DNA from: Promethearchaeota archaeon
GTDB lineage: Archaea > Asgardarchaeota > Lokiarchaeia > Sigyniarchaeales > SOKP01
DNA length: 27,115 nucleotides
Reading direction: 5' to 3'
Assembly (NCBI GenBank): GCA_011364925.1
Contig: RDOA01000048.1
Location: 1 to 27,115, forward strand
Shown here one piece after another: positions 1 through 9,202 of the stretch (positions within the stretch are counted from its first letter, which is position 1; each line of letters begins with the position of its first letter). The notes beneath the pieces are model-generated. The model did not search any database. It saw nothing but the letters and a program-made list of their open reading frames with translations, and was not told the DNA's origin. A program made the position numbers and the translations under genes.

Positions 1-582
1 AATGAAATGGTTCCCATTATGGACTACTTCGATCCTTTAAAAATCATCGATTTTGCTAACCGATTTTGGGAAAAAGTGAAAAATAAAGAAAAACAACCAA
101 TTAAATTCTTTGAAGGAATTTTAGGCGATTTTGGTAAAACTTTAGATAGCGGACTTAATTTCCTAGACAAGACACAGTTAAGAGCGAGATTCCTATTGGG
201 GATGCTACAATATACTAAAAAACCAGGTAAGTTGATGGAAATGTTCAGTAGATTATTAATGAACGGCGACTGGGAGAGTATCAGTTCATTCACTCACGGA
301 ACACTTCTTCTCTCAAGCATGCACTTCCAAGACGCGTATAATATGGATATTGAACGTGTTAAGAGATGCATTGTACATTTCGGGGTAGCAATGCCAGACG
401 GATCAGTCAAAGAGATTAGTTTTTGTACTATGAATACATTGCACAGGGAAAATATCGAGAGACAAGTCGCAAAAAAGGTTTCAGAGAAAGTAAGAGAAGA
501 ATTTGACACTACATCGGGACAATCAAGGGAAGAGATTCAGCAAGAAGTAGCCTTCAATGGTGGCGTAAAAAAGGAGGATTAA
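1..582 (+). CDS. C-terminal part of radical SAM protein, tetraether lipid synthase Tes/GDGT-MAS (MJ0619)-like; 5'-truncated by window edge
   Basis: Frame is open from base 1. The C-terminal block MHFQDAYNMDIERVKRCIVHF..PDG....FCTMN matches the MHF.D.YNFD.ERV.RC.IHY..PDG..IPFC..N tail I recall for the MJ0619/Tes family. The CxxxCxxC motif lies outside the window. Confidence 0.7.
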   Translation, partial: NEMVPIMDYFDPLKIIDFANRFWEKVKNKEKQPIKFFEGILGDFGKTLDSGLNFLDKTQLRARFLLGMLQYTKKPGKLMEMFSRLLMNGDWESISSFTHGTLLLSSMHFQDAYNMDIERVKRCIVHFGVAMPDGSVKEISFCTMNTLHRENIERQVAKKVSEKVREEFDTTSGQSREEIQQEVAFNGGVKKED

Positions 583-600
583 TTGAGGGGTGAGTTTAAC

Positions 601-888
601 ATGGTTGACGAAGTAATTGAAAATAAAGATGGATTGAAATTACGTAAATTAGTTGAATTGAAAACTGACACAGCTGAAGAATATCAGAAGGCTATGTTAG
701 ATCGCGTTGAGTACTTTAAGGAAAAAAACCTAGAAAAATCACAATTTAACAGCACAGTTCAGAATACTGTAATTCAAGCTTTAAGCACGGCGTTGGATCT
801 TAAAATTCAAGTTGATAAGGCTCTTGGTGAAGAGAATAAGAAAAAAGTACACGAATTTCTGGATAATCTCCTGTTATTCGGGCTTTAA
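601..888 (+). CDS. hypothetical helical protein (~95 aa)
   Basis: Track ORF is 583..888. ATG at 601 follows a GGGTGA RBS-like motif; TTG 583 after AGGAGG is an alternative start. Directly follows the radical SAM gene; no recognisable motif. Confidence 0.7.
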   Translation: MVDEVIENKDGLKLRKLVELKTDTAEEYQKAMLDRVEYFKEKNLEKSQFNSTVQNTVIQALSTALDLKIQVDKALGEENKKKVHEFLDNLLLFGL

Positions 889-975
889 ATCTTTTTTTGG
901 TTATATTATTTTTTAATTCTTTTATATTAGTTTCTTTTAATTTTTCATAACCCAAATATTTTTATTTTTTTTTAC
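889..975 (+). terminator. T-rich tracts, likely archaeal intrinsic terminator region
   Basis: Several runs of 7-8 T immediately after the stop at 888. Confidence 0.4.
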
Positions 976-1001
976 TTGATGATGCAATAGGTGGATATTA
1001 G

Positions 1002-1283
1002 GTGCCTATTTTAGTAAAGTTATATGGAAAGTTAAAAGAGAAAGTTAAAGATTTCGAATTATATGGAGGACTTCCGGTATCAATGCATATAAACCCGGAT
1101 GAAGTTCATATTGTCCATGATATCTTAGAAAAGTTCGCTATATACGAGGAGGAACTTAGCCACATATTTGTTAACAGCAAATATAGTGGAATTGATAAGA
1201 AAATCAATAATGGCGATAGAGTTGGATTGTTTCCTCGGAACATGGCGTTATTGTTTGTCGAATTACTCCCCCAAAATAGATGA
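1002..1283 (+). CDS. MoaD/ThiS (ubiquitin-like beta-grasp) family protein lacking C-terminal Gly-Gly
   Basis: ILVKLYGKL start and IFVN...G.DKKI.NGDRVGLFP end are typical of MoaD/ThiS. It ends FPRNMALLFVELLPQNR instead of PPxxGG. GTG start after AGGTGG. Confidence 0.75.
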   Translation: MPILVKLYGKLKEKVKDFELYGGLPVSMHINPDEVHIVHDILEKFAIYEEELSHIFVNSKYSGIDKKINNGDRVGLFPRNMALLFVELLPQNR

Positions 1284-1373
1284 GAGATTCGAAGTGATTC
1301 GCATTATTTCTCGTTTTATGAGTTAGTTGTATAATTCCACAAATTATTTTTTATATTGAAAGTTAATTAGAAT

Positions 1374-2456
1374 ATGGTTTTCACTGTAATTACCTTACCT
1401 ATTACTTTTCTATTTAGCGCAATTGGAGTAGGTATATTATATTTTGCGATTAAATTAAAGAAGAGATTCCCTAAAGAGCATGTTTTGGTTAATTCTCTTA
1501 TTGTTTCTGCTTTATGGGTTATTTCTGGTATCTTATATCCATATTTTTACCCACGCGATAACGAATTCATAAGATTTCATCAATCGTTTTCAATGAGTAT
1601 TATATGTATTTTTGCACCATTACTTGTATTCCTTATTTTATTATACCAATCTAAAATTGTTTTAAAAGATAATCCCGAACTTAGGAAGAGTCGTACAATA
1701 ACAAATTTTCTTGAAAAGTACGATTCAGTGAATGTGAATCGAATTAATGACAAAACTTACTCGTTAAGGACAGATTTCCATCGAAAGGTGTTTCATTTAC
1801 TACCTGGCTTAATTATAATTATCCTACGAATTTTTGCTATAAACATATGGGAAGGTGTCTGGAATGCAGGTCACGTTTATGGAATTACTGGGCATGAGTA
1901 TGCGATGTTTTTAATCTTAACCATAGGTTATACCGGGGTTGTTTTATTTGCAGCATTGGATTTTGTCCGATTATCGTTTATTTTCGAAAATTCAAATGTG
2001 TATAGTCTTCTACCTGATTGTCTTTCGAATTTACTAATAAAAAGCTTAAAAAGAAAAGAAAACTACGAATTTACTAAAAATATGGTTTTAGTACTTTCCT
2101 TAGTTCCAGTACTCTTCTTGCCATTTGGAATTTTTACTGCTGTTGCGTTAATTACAAGTATTGGAGATGGGGTTGCTTCCCTGATGGGCATTGGTTTTGG
2201 TAGATATCACTTTCCAAAACATAGTAGTAAAACAATAGTTGGTTATATCTCAGGTTTTCTTGCATCCTTCGGAGTTAGTTACTTTTCTTTGTGGTTATTT
2301 GAACCACATATTACCATTTTTAAGACAATAATTATGTCTTTAAGCGGAGCAGTTGTATTTTTAATAATCGATTTATTAAGTCTAAAGGTTGATGATAACA
2401 TCTTAAATCCAATCTTTTGTAGCTTAGTGATGACATTTTTCTATCTAGTTTTATAA
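1374..2456 (+). CDS. polyprenol (dolichol/phytol-type) kinase-like membrane protein, CTP_transf_1 family
   Basis: Motifs RKVFH, IGDGVASLMG..FG, KTIVG and DDNILNP, plus many hydrophobic segments. Confidence 0.75.
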   Translation: MVFTVITLPITFLFSAIGVGILYFAIKLKKRFPKEHVLVNSLIVSALWVISGILYPYFYPRDNEFIRFHQSFSMSIICIFAPLLVFLILLYQSKIVLKDNPELRKSRTITNFLEKYDSVNVNRINDKTYSLRTDFHRKVFHLLPGLIIIILRIFAINIWEGVWNAGHVYGITGHEYAMFLILTIGYTGVVLFAALDFVRLSFIFENSNVYSLLPDCLSNLLIKSLKRKENYEFTKNMVLVLSLVPVLFLPFGIFTAVALITSIGDGVASLMGIGFGRYHFPKHSSKTIVGYISGFLASFGVSYFSLWLFEPHITIFKTIIMSLSGAVVFLIIDLLSLKVDDNILNPIFCSLVMTFFYLVL

Positions 2457-2492
2457 AACTACATAATAGAATTCGATGTTCCTACCTTTATA

Positions 2493-5480
2493 TTAAAAAA
2501 AAGCATCCATTTTTTTAATCCCTTTTATTTCTTCGAATGATATGTCAAGCGCGTCTAAGACTTGCTCTAAAGCAGATTTCAACAGATCTCGATATTTTGG
2601 AGAGTCAATGTCTTGAAGTTTTGCCATTTCGATAACCTTAGCTCCAAGAGGACCTTTACTTTTTATAAATTTCACTGTGTCTCCTTTTCGATATTTATTT
2701 TTAATGGCTTGAATTTCAACTTCACTTGCGTGATTAGCTTGAGCTTTATTAAGTTCAGATTCGATAAAAGCTTTAGCTGCCCTAACATGTTGAGGGATAA
2801 CTTTAGTATAGCTTCCTAGACTTTTCTGTAAAGCGATATTTATCTCATAATCCTCTAATGTGAATGTATCTGGTTTTCCTATTTTTTTTAAGTTATTCTT
2901 GACGATCTCAATAATTTTATTTTTTGCAACTTTAAACTCCTCGTCGTTAGTGATTTCTTTAAGAATTTCTATTAATTGACTGAAAACTTTTTTAATAAAC
3001 TCTGGCGTATTTTTCTTTTTAGCGACCAAACCTTTTATGTCGACAAATTTAGTATCTTTATATATGCCTATGTAATTTTTCTTCCGTTGTGAGAGAGCTA
3101 AGAATTGGTATTTCTTTTCCTCTTCTAAGTCTAGATCAAGTTCAGCTTTACTCCAGTCTGATATTTCTTTCATTTGAGAGTTAGATGGGTTAAGAAGAAA
3201 AACGCTGTCAGTATCACCATAGAGAACCTTAACTCCAAGTTCTTCTGCTTTCTTTATCGTTTGCTTTATAGAGTATTGACCAATTCCAGTGGTGCTTTCG
3301 GCGACAGGTAAGCAAAATAAAGGAAAATTTTGAGATCCAAAGACTCCATAACTGGCGTTAATGAATACTTTAAGTGCTTGCTGAATAGTATGATAATAAC
3401 TTCGTTGTTTTTGAGTTAGAGTTTTATCGCTTGATTTTGGTTTGAAGTATTTTACACGCGTATCCCTAAAAAAACCTACAGTATAAGCGAATATTCCCAT
3501 TTTATGAGTACAGATATGATAGGGGGTACCCTTTATAAGGTTGTCTTCATCATCTTTGTGAGGACAGAGAACTGTTTCGTAAGATAAATTGAATTCTTTT
3601 ATAATCGAAGGGTATAGAGAAGAAAAGTCCATAACAACTACGTCATAATGAATTCCGGGAACAGGATCGATAACATAAGCACCTTGGAACTTCTCATCGT
3701 TAAATTTTGACATTAAAGCTCCACCTTTCTTTGCTTCTGATATTTCTGATCTTCTTGGAATAAGGAATTCTTTTCTGCGATGTTCGAAATAAAAAATATT
3801 TTGTATCCAAGTAGAAATTTGCCTTCTTATCATATCATGCATCGGCAATTTTGTAATCCTACATAATAGGATAATCAAATTCCACACGAGCGAATTATTA
3901 AATTTAGTCAAATTTAATGTTAGAATAGAATCTTTAAGATTATACCACGAAAGGGCATCGTATTCCATATCGTGAATTTCTTCTTCATGTTCATATTTTT
4001 TTTCTCCTAATAATGCCCCACTTATATCATTCAAAGAGGCACTCTGATAAGATCCTCCAAAGGCGTAGCCTGAAATACTTCGGTTGAAGAAAAAGTTGAA
4101 AACATCGATGTGAATTCCTTTCCTCAAATCACATTCTGATTTTGCCATGATCCCAAAACCTCTTCTTACATGAATTGGGTTCAAATCCTTGTTTATTTTC
4201 AATTTTTCTGCTCTGTGAAACATATAATTTAAATCGAAGTTATCTCCGTTGAATGTAATAAGCACGGGATACTCCCACAAAATCCTAAAACATTCAGTTA
4301 TTAACTCCTTTTCAGATTTAAAGAAATAAAGGTTAGCATCATCTGGGAACTTCGCGTGGAGTTTGCTAAAACTGAAACCCTCGCGTTCTAAAAGATACAC
4401 CACTTTTAAACCGTCCGAACCAACAAATGATACGGAGATAATTTCTTGTTTTGCAAGTCGAGCGTCGGGTATTCTATAATCATGTTCTCCGATTACAACT
4501 TCGATATCCATTGCTAAACGCTTTACATCGGGTATTGGTGTTAGGAAAATATCAATAAATTTTTCTGAAAATTCTTGCATTTCAGGATTTTCACTTTTAA
4601 ACAAGTTTCTTAATTCTTCTGTTAATTTCTTAGTTTCTTCCGAATCTTCTCTGAAATCTATTCTCTCAAGTTGTCCATTATTAATTTTATATATTAATCC
4701 AGGAATTAACTGTCGATCTAAGATGTAATTTAAGTGATATCGTATATCAGCCTCCCATGCTTTTTTCTCGTTTTCGGCTAGGATGTTTTTAATGTTTAAT
4801 CCTGAACCACCTACATCAATGGGAGTGTGTCCATATATCTTCGTCATATCTATCTCTTTATCAGAAAGCAAATCAATTCGCTTTATTCCTTCAAATTTAT
4901 TAAAGCCTTCAAAATCCACTAATTTTTTTCTTTTGCCTGACTTGTCTTTATAAGTTAACTTTTCTAGTACTGAAATCGGTTCCTTACTTAAACAATAAGG
5001 TTCGTGATCGGTTGTATCTATCCAGATTTTAATTTCATCAGTTTTCAAGTCGTAAAATTTGCAATAAGCTTTATTCAACCCACCATCGTAATCTACATCT
5101 AAAAGGAGACCTCTCTCTAAATTTTCAACTATTTCTCCTTTTTCAATTAAATATCGTAAGTATTTCGAGCTTACAGATTCCCTTTCTTTTTTTTGTAACT
5201 GTATTCCACCTTCTTTTAAGCCAAAGGGTGCACCATTACTTTGGAAATAAAGCTTTTCAGGAGGACCTTTTTTTTTCTCTTCTTTTCCTGCCGTTATTTT
5301 TGGTTTTTCTTGAGTGGCTTTTGGTTTCTTAATCTTTTCTCTTTCATTCTTCGAAATAGTTTTATCTTCTTCTATATTCCCTTCTTCCGTTTTTTCTACG
5401 AAAGAGAAGAGAGACTTTTGTTTCTCATCAGAGGGGACTTTTTTCTTGGGTTTTTTTGGAGTAGGCAAATAACTTACCAA
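2493..5480 (-). CDS. polB1: family B DNA polymerase, archaeal PolB1 type
   Basis: Exonuclease motifs MDIEV, TFNGDNFD and YNLKD; polymerase motifs DFSSLYPSII, QQALKVFINASYGVFG, YGDTDS and KKNY. TTG start, Lys/Glu-rich N-terminal extension, PIP-like QKSLFSF and KKMDAFF. Confidence 0.92.
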   Translation of the reverse strand: MVSYLPTPKKPKKKVPSDEKQKSLFSFVEKTEEGNIEEDKTISKNEREKIKKPKATQEKPKITAGKEEKKKGPPEKLYFQSNGAPFGLKEGGIQLQKKERESVSSKYLRYLIEKGEIVENLERGLLLDVDYDGGLNKAYCKFYDLKTDEIKIWIDTTDHEPYCLSKEPISVLEKLTYKDKSGKRKKLVDFEGFNKFEGIKRIDLLSDKEIDMTKIYGHTPIDVGGSGLNIKNILAENEKKAWEADIRYHLNYILDRQLIPGLIYKINNGQLERIDFREDSEETKKLTEELRNLFKSENPEMQEFSEKFIDIFLTPIPDVKRLAMDIEVVIGEHDYRIPDARLAKQEIISVSFVGSDGLKVVYLLEREGFSFSKLHAKFPDDANLYFFKSEKELITECFRILWEYPVLITFNGDNFDLNYMFHRAEKLKINKDLNPIHVRRGFGIMAKSECDLRKGIHIDVFNFFFNRSISGYAFGGSYQSASLNDISGALLGEKKYEHEEEIHDMEYDALSWYNLKDSILTLNLTKFNNSLVWNLIILLCRITKLPMHDMIRRQISTWIQNIFYFEHRRKEFLIPRRSEISEAKKGGALMSKFNDEKFQGAYVIDPVPGIHYDVVVMDFSSLYPSIIKEFNLSYETVLCPHKDDEDNLIKGTPYHICTHKMGIFAYTVGFFRDTRVKYFKPKSSDKTLTQKQRSYYHTIQQALKVFINASYGVFGSQNFPLFCLPVAESTTGIGQYSIKQTIKKAEELGVKVLYGDTDSVFLLNPSNSQMKEISDWSKAELDLDLEEEKKYQFLALSQRKKNYIGIYKDTKFVDIKGLVAKKKNTPEFIKKVFSQLIEILKEITNDEEFKVAKNKIIEIVKNNLKKIGKPDTFTLEDYEINIALQKSLGSYTKVIPQHVRAAKAFIESELNKAQANHASEVEIQAIKNKYRKGDTVKFIKSKGPLGAKVIEMAKLQDIDSPKYRDLLKSALEQVLDALDISFEEIKGIKKMDAFF

Positions 5481-5657
5481 ATTTAATGATTCAAATAATT
5501 TTACTATTTAATATTATTATTCTCTAGATTTTAATCTCAACTATTCTGAGTTTAATATCTAAGTGATTAAGATTATTTAAAAAAGGAGACAGAGAAATAT
5601 TAATAAAATAATTTTCATAAGATTTATCTATTATCTAGGAGAAAGAAGGTTCTAATC

Positions 5658-7115
5658 GTGGAGATTGAGAAAGATTTAGCAGACATTGCTGTCGCTTATG
5701 GTTCATCTCGTGGAGCAAGTTATGTTGAAGCACGAGTTGTTGCATCGAGAAATGAAAACTACGCTGCGAGAAATGGAGTTTTATTAGGTGGCGGAATTTC
5801 TTTTTCAAGGGGAATTGCTATTCGAGTGCTAGCTAATGGAAGCATGGGATTTTGTTCTACTCCTAATTTAACGAAAGTTGGAGTTGTGGATGGGGTTGAT
5901 AAAGCTCTCAAATTAGCTAAAGTTAGCCAAAGAAAAAACCCCATAAGATTTTCTGAAGAACAAATAGTCCAAACAAAATGGAAATCTCCTGTAAAAAATA
6001 AATTTGAAGATGTCTCAATTGAAGAAAAACAAAATTTTTTGATTGATCTAGACAAAATTTTAAAGCAAGAATTTCAACCTAAATTACCTACTAGAACTCT
6101 TTTACTGGACTTATACTCAGATCAAAAATATATTGTTACAAACGAAGGTTCGAAAGTAGAATCAGAAAATTCGATAATATCTACCCACACTTTTAATACA
6201 GCTAAAGGAAAGGCGGGCGGAGAACAGAGAATGTCAAGTTTAGGAGGAACTGGAGGGTGGGAATGGATCGAAGAAAAAAATGTGGTCAATCAAATTTTAG
6301 AGAATAATAGAGGTTTAGTTAAAGCTGCTCAACATGCAATTGAAAAACCGTTCAGCAAAATTGATGTAATAATAAGCGGAGAAGTCGCAGGAATAATCGC
6401 ACACGAGAACGTTGGTCATCCGAGCGAAGCAGATCGAATCTTAGGTCGAGAAGGAGCTCAAGCAGGAGAATCATTCTATTTGGACCTATTGCAAAACGAA
6501 AATCTTGGAGAAATTAAAATAGGTACCGAGCAAGTGACAATAATAGATGATCCAACTCGACCAGGTAATTCTGGGTTTTATCTCTATGATGATGAGTGTA
6601 TAAAAGCTCGACCTCGTTACTTAATCAAAAAGGGCATGTTAAATGAGTTATTTTTAAACCGCGAATATGCAAGTATACTTAATACTAAATCTAATGCTGC
6701 AGCAAGGGCAATTTCCTATAAAAGAGAACCAATTATACGAATGGCAAATACATTTTTTGCACCGGGAAATTTTACATTTGAGGAATTACTTAATGACGTT
6801 AAAAAAGGCATTTATATGAAGAGTTTTACTGAATGGAATATAGATGATCGTCGTTTTCAAAGTAAGTACGTTGGACTTGAAGCGTACTTAATTGATAATG
6901 GCGAAATAACTGAAACAATGATTCGAAGACCCGTTCTAGAATCAACAACTTTCGGTTTATTAAGTAGTGTTGATGGAGTTTCTAAGGATTTTTATTCACC
7001 TCACGGAGATTGTGGTAAGGGAGATCCCATGCAAGGAGCTCCTGTTTGGCTTGGAGGACCACACGTACGACTGAGAGATATAAAATTAGGAGGCGAATTA
7101 AATAACAGACTATAA
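5658..7115 (+). CDS. tldD: TldD/PmbA family metalloprotease, catalytic TldD subunit
   Basis: HENVGH (HExxGH) metal motif, DDPT....GFY.YDDE, RMANT and C-terminal CGKG.PMQ...V..GGPH. Confidence 0.9.
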   Translation: MEIEKDLADIAVAYGSSRGASYVEARVVASRNENYAARNGVLLGGGISFSRGIAIRVLANGSMGFCSTPNLTKVGVVDGVDKALKLAKVSQRKNPIRFSEEQIVQTKWKSPVKNKFEDVSIEEKQNFLIDLDKILKQEFQPKLPTRTLLLDLYSDQKYIVTNEGSKVESENSIISTHTFNTAKGKAGGEQRMSSLGGTGGWEWIEEKNVVNQILENNRGLVKAAQHAIEKPFSKIDVIISGEVAGIIAHENVGHPSEADRILGREGAQAGESFYLDLLQNENLGEIKIGTEQVTIIDDPTRPGNSGFYLYDDECIKARPRYLIKKGMLNELFLNREYASILNTKSNAAARAISYKREPIIRMANTFFAPGNFTFEELLNDVKKGIYMKSFTEWNIDDRRFQSKYVGLEAYLIDNGEITETMIRRPVLESTTFGLLSSVDGVSKDFYSPHGDCGKGDPMQGAPVWLGGPHVRLRDIKLGGELNNRL

Positions 7116-8478
7116 AGATCTCCTAAAATTTGCAATTTCAATAGCTCAGGATGAAAAAATTAATGACGTTGTTGCTCAAGGAACAATAGGGAAAGAATAC
7201 CAAATTCGATTCTCAAATTCAATGATCGATAACTCGAAAATCTGGTATAAGGATAATTTAGAGCTATTTCTCGCAAAAGAAGGAAAAACGACATACTTTG
7301 AGATTGAAGCTCCAACTCAAGAGAAGATTAAAACGCGTATTAAGAACGCATCGAAATTTTTGGATTTTCTACCTAAAAACGTACTATACAACGGGATTGA
7401 AAGCAATCAACACGATTATAAGAGTCCAGTCGAATTTTTTGATAAAAAGATATTGAAATTCTCTGATAAAGCACCTGAACTTGTAAATGTGGCGATTCAA
7501 GAATCACTAGAACATGGAGCCTCAAAAGTAGCTGGTGTTCTTTATTTTGGTCATTCTGAAACAAATTTACTGACAAGTTATGGAAATGAAGGTTCGTATT
7601 TAGGATCTTCCTATAGATTCACTATAAGATCTTTTGTCGGACCGGAGAGTAGTGGCCAAGGACTGGCTTGTGGTAGGGACCTTACAGGAGTAGAAAATTC
7701 TTTAATTAATGCCGGTACTAGTGCTGGTGAAATCGCTAAAATGGCAGTGGGGGGAACTCAAGGAACTCCAGGAAGATACGATCTAATAATGAGTCCAACT
7801 GTCGCTGCTAATGTATTAGGGCAATTATTTGATGGTTTAAATCCTCTTAAGATACTGATATATATGAGTCCTTTAAAATATGAACATATTGGTAAACAAA
7901 TAGCATCTAAAGAATTTTCTGTATCGGATGACGCTCTCCTTAATGAAGGTTTAGGAAGCCGACCTTTTGATGTTGAAGGAACACCTAAAGGTAAAACTCC
8001 CATTTTTTCTAAGGGTATCCTTGAACGATTACTTCAAAACACATCTACAAGCATTATGGATAAAGTAGAAAATACTGGGAATTCAATCTTTTTTGATTTT
8101 GGTGTTGGAACGAAATTTCTAGCTCCTGGACCTTCCAACATTGTTGTTGAAGGAGGTGATTACGCTTTAGAAGAGATTATCGCTGAAAGTAAAAAACCTA
8201 CTATATACATCACCTCTAATTGGTATACACGTTTTACAAATATAAGGGGTGGAGTATTTTCCACAATACCTCGAGATGGCATGTTTTTAATAGAAAATGG
8301 AGAAATACAGAAGCCAATTAGAAAATTACGTTTATCTGATAATATATTAAGAATTTGTTCTAATATAGATGCAATTGGAAAAGATGTTAACCAAATTTAT
8401 TGGTGGGAAGTACCAACGCCTACATTCATACCTACAATTAAAGTAAAGGATTGTGTATTAACCGCAGCAACGCAATAA
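7102..8478 (+). CDS. pmbA: TldD/PmbA family protein, PmbA/TldE subunit (start probably upstream of track ATG 7222)
   Basis: SRPFDVEG, WYTRF and TIPRDG..LIENGEI motifs; no HExxH. The frame is open from ATA 7102 and includes QIRFSNS upstream of ATG 7222. GGAGG at 7089-7093. Confidence 0.85.
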   Translation: MTDYKDLLKFAISIAQDEKINDVVAQGTIGKEYQIRFSNSMIDNSKIWYKDNLELFLAKEGKTTYFEIEAPTQEKIKTRIKNASKFLDFLPKNVLYNGIESNQHDYKSPVEFFDKKILKFSDKAPELVNVAIQESLEHGASKVAGVLYFGHSETNLLTSYGNEGSYLGSSYRFTIRSFVGPESSGQGLACGRDLTGVENSLINAGTSAGEIAKMAVGGTQGTPGRYDLIMSPTVAANVLGQLFDGLNPLKILIYMSPLKYEHIGKQIASKEFSVSDDALLNEGLGSRPFDVEGTPKGKTPIFSKGILERLLQNTSTSIMDKVENTGNSIFFDFGVGTKFLAPGPSNIVVEGGDYALEEIIAESKKPTIYITSNWYTRFTNIRGGVFSTIPRDGMFLIENGEIQKPIRKLRLSDNILRICSNIDAIGKDVNQIYWWEVPTPTFIPTIKVKDCVLTAATQ

Positions 8479-8485
8479 TTAGAAT

Positions 8486-8833
8486 TTATTGGTCACTTCT
8501 ATGTTCTTCTATAACTTTTTCTATTTCGCGAAGAAGTAATTGTTTCTCTGCGATGAAAAAGTGAAGTTTACTCTTTTCAGGATGTTCGTAGTAAATAATT
8601 TCGGCAAATTCTTTCACTTCTTCTTTTGTAGGTTCTATGAGTTCCCCATTAACATTCTCATTCAGTAATAGGACTAAATTATCCGTTTCAAGTGGCTTTA
8701 TATCGGCACCATTTTTAACATTTTTTAAGATTTTAACAACAAGTTCAGCTAAGTACCATACGGATTTGTCGTAATCTTCTCCAGAGGTATATCTTTGGTA
8801 GGCGAGGATCTCAACGTCTTCTTTAGTGAACAC
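8486..8833 (-). CDS. small protein with two DUF2934-like helical repeats
   Basis: Internal duplication TKEDVEILAYQRY...WYLAEL / TKEEVKEFAEIIY...FFIAEKQL. GTG start after AAGGAG. Confidence 0.65.
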   Translation of the reverse strand: MFTKEDVEILAYQRYTSGEDYDKSVWYLAELVVKILKNVKNGADIKPLETDNLVLLLNENVNGELIEPTKEEVKEFAEIIYYEHPEKSKLHFFIAEKQLLLREIEKVIEEHRSDQ

Positions 8834-8986
8834 GATAATCAGAACTCCTTTTCCATTATATAGAATAATTAGTATTTAATTAAACAAGAAGTAAAGTTAA
8901 CATTTAATTATTTGTGTTGAGTTTTAAATCCGTTTAAAACCAAAAAATTAAAAATTCTAGTAATATTATTTAGTTGTAACATTTGA

Positions 8987-9087
8987 GCCTCCGTGGCTTA
9001 GCGGTATAGCAGCAGAATTTCATTAACTTCTATAATTTGCTGAAACTTGTAATCTGCAGATCGCGGGTTCAAATCCCGTCGGAGGCT
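8987..9087 (+). tRNA. tRNA-Thr(UGU) with 29-nt intron (9016-9044) at position 30/31
   Basis: Acceptor stem GCCTCCG/CGGAGGC with discriminator T; D-arm GCT..AGC; anticodon stem GCAGA/TCTGC with loop CT-TGT-AA after splicing; T-arm GCGGG-TTCAAAT-CCCGT. No encoded CCA; T-tract follows. Confidence 0.92.
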
Positions 9088-9202
9088 TTTCTTTTTCATC
9101 CTTTTCTATTGTTAAACTTAATTAAAAAAAAAAAAAATTGATTATATTATAAAAACGCTTATATTTTGGTAAAATTTAATTTTAGTCTTAAGTTTTAGCT
9201 CT

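Noticed and set aside
24-509. Minus-strand ORFs 24..293 and 294..509
   Set aside because: Antisense shadows of the radical SAM gene with no motifs.
1281-1335. TGA stop of the ThiS-like gene with a weak downstream hairpin, as possible selenocysteine read-through
   Set aside because: Read-through adds a short tail with no GG or redox motif, and no convincing SECIS is visible.
2613-5486. Plus-strand ORFs 2613..2819 and 5241..5486
   Set aside because: Antisense to polB1; the Phe-richness mirrors Lys/Glu codons on the coding strand.
5525-5562. Imperfect inverted repeat in the polB1/tldD divergent intergenic region
   Set aside because: AT-rich with several mismatches; plausible by chance.
9124-9137. 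Poly-A run downstream of the tRNA
   Set aside because: Intergenic homopolymer in AT-rich DNA; no evidence of phase variation or retro-insertion.
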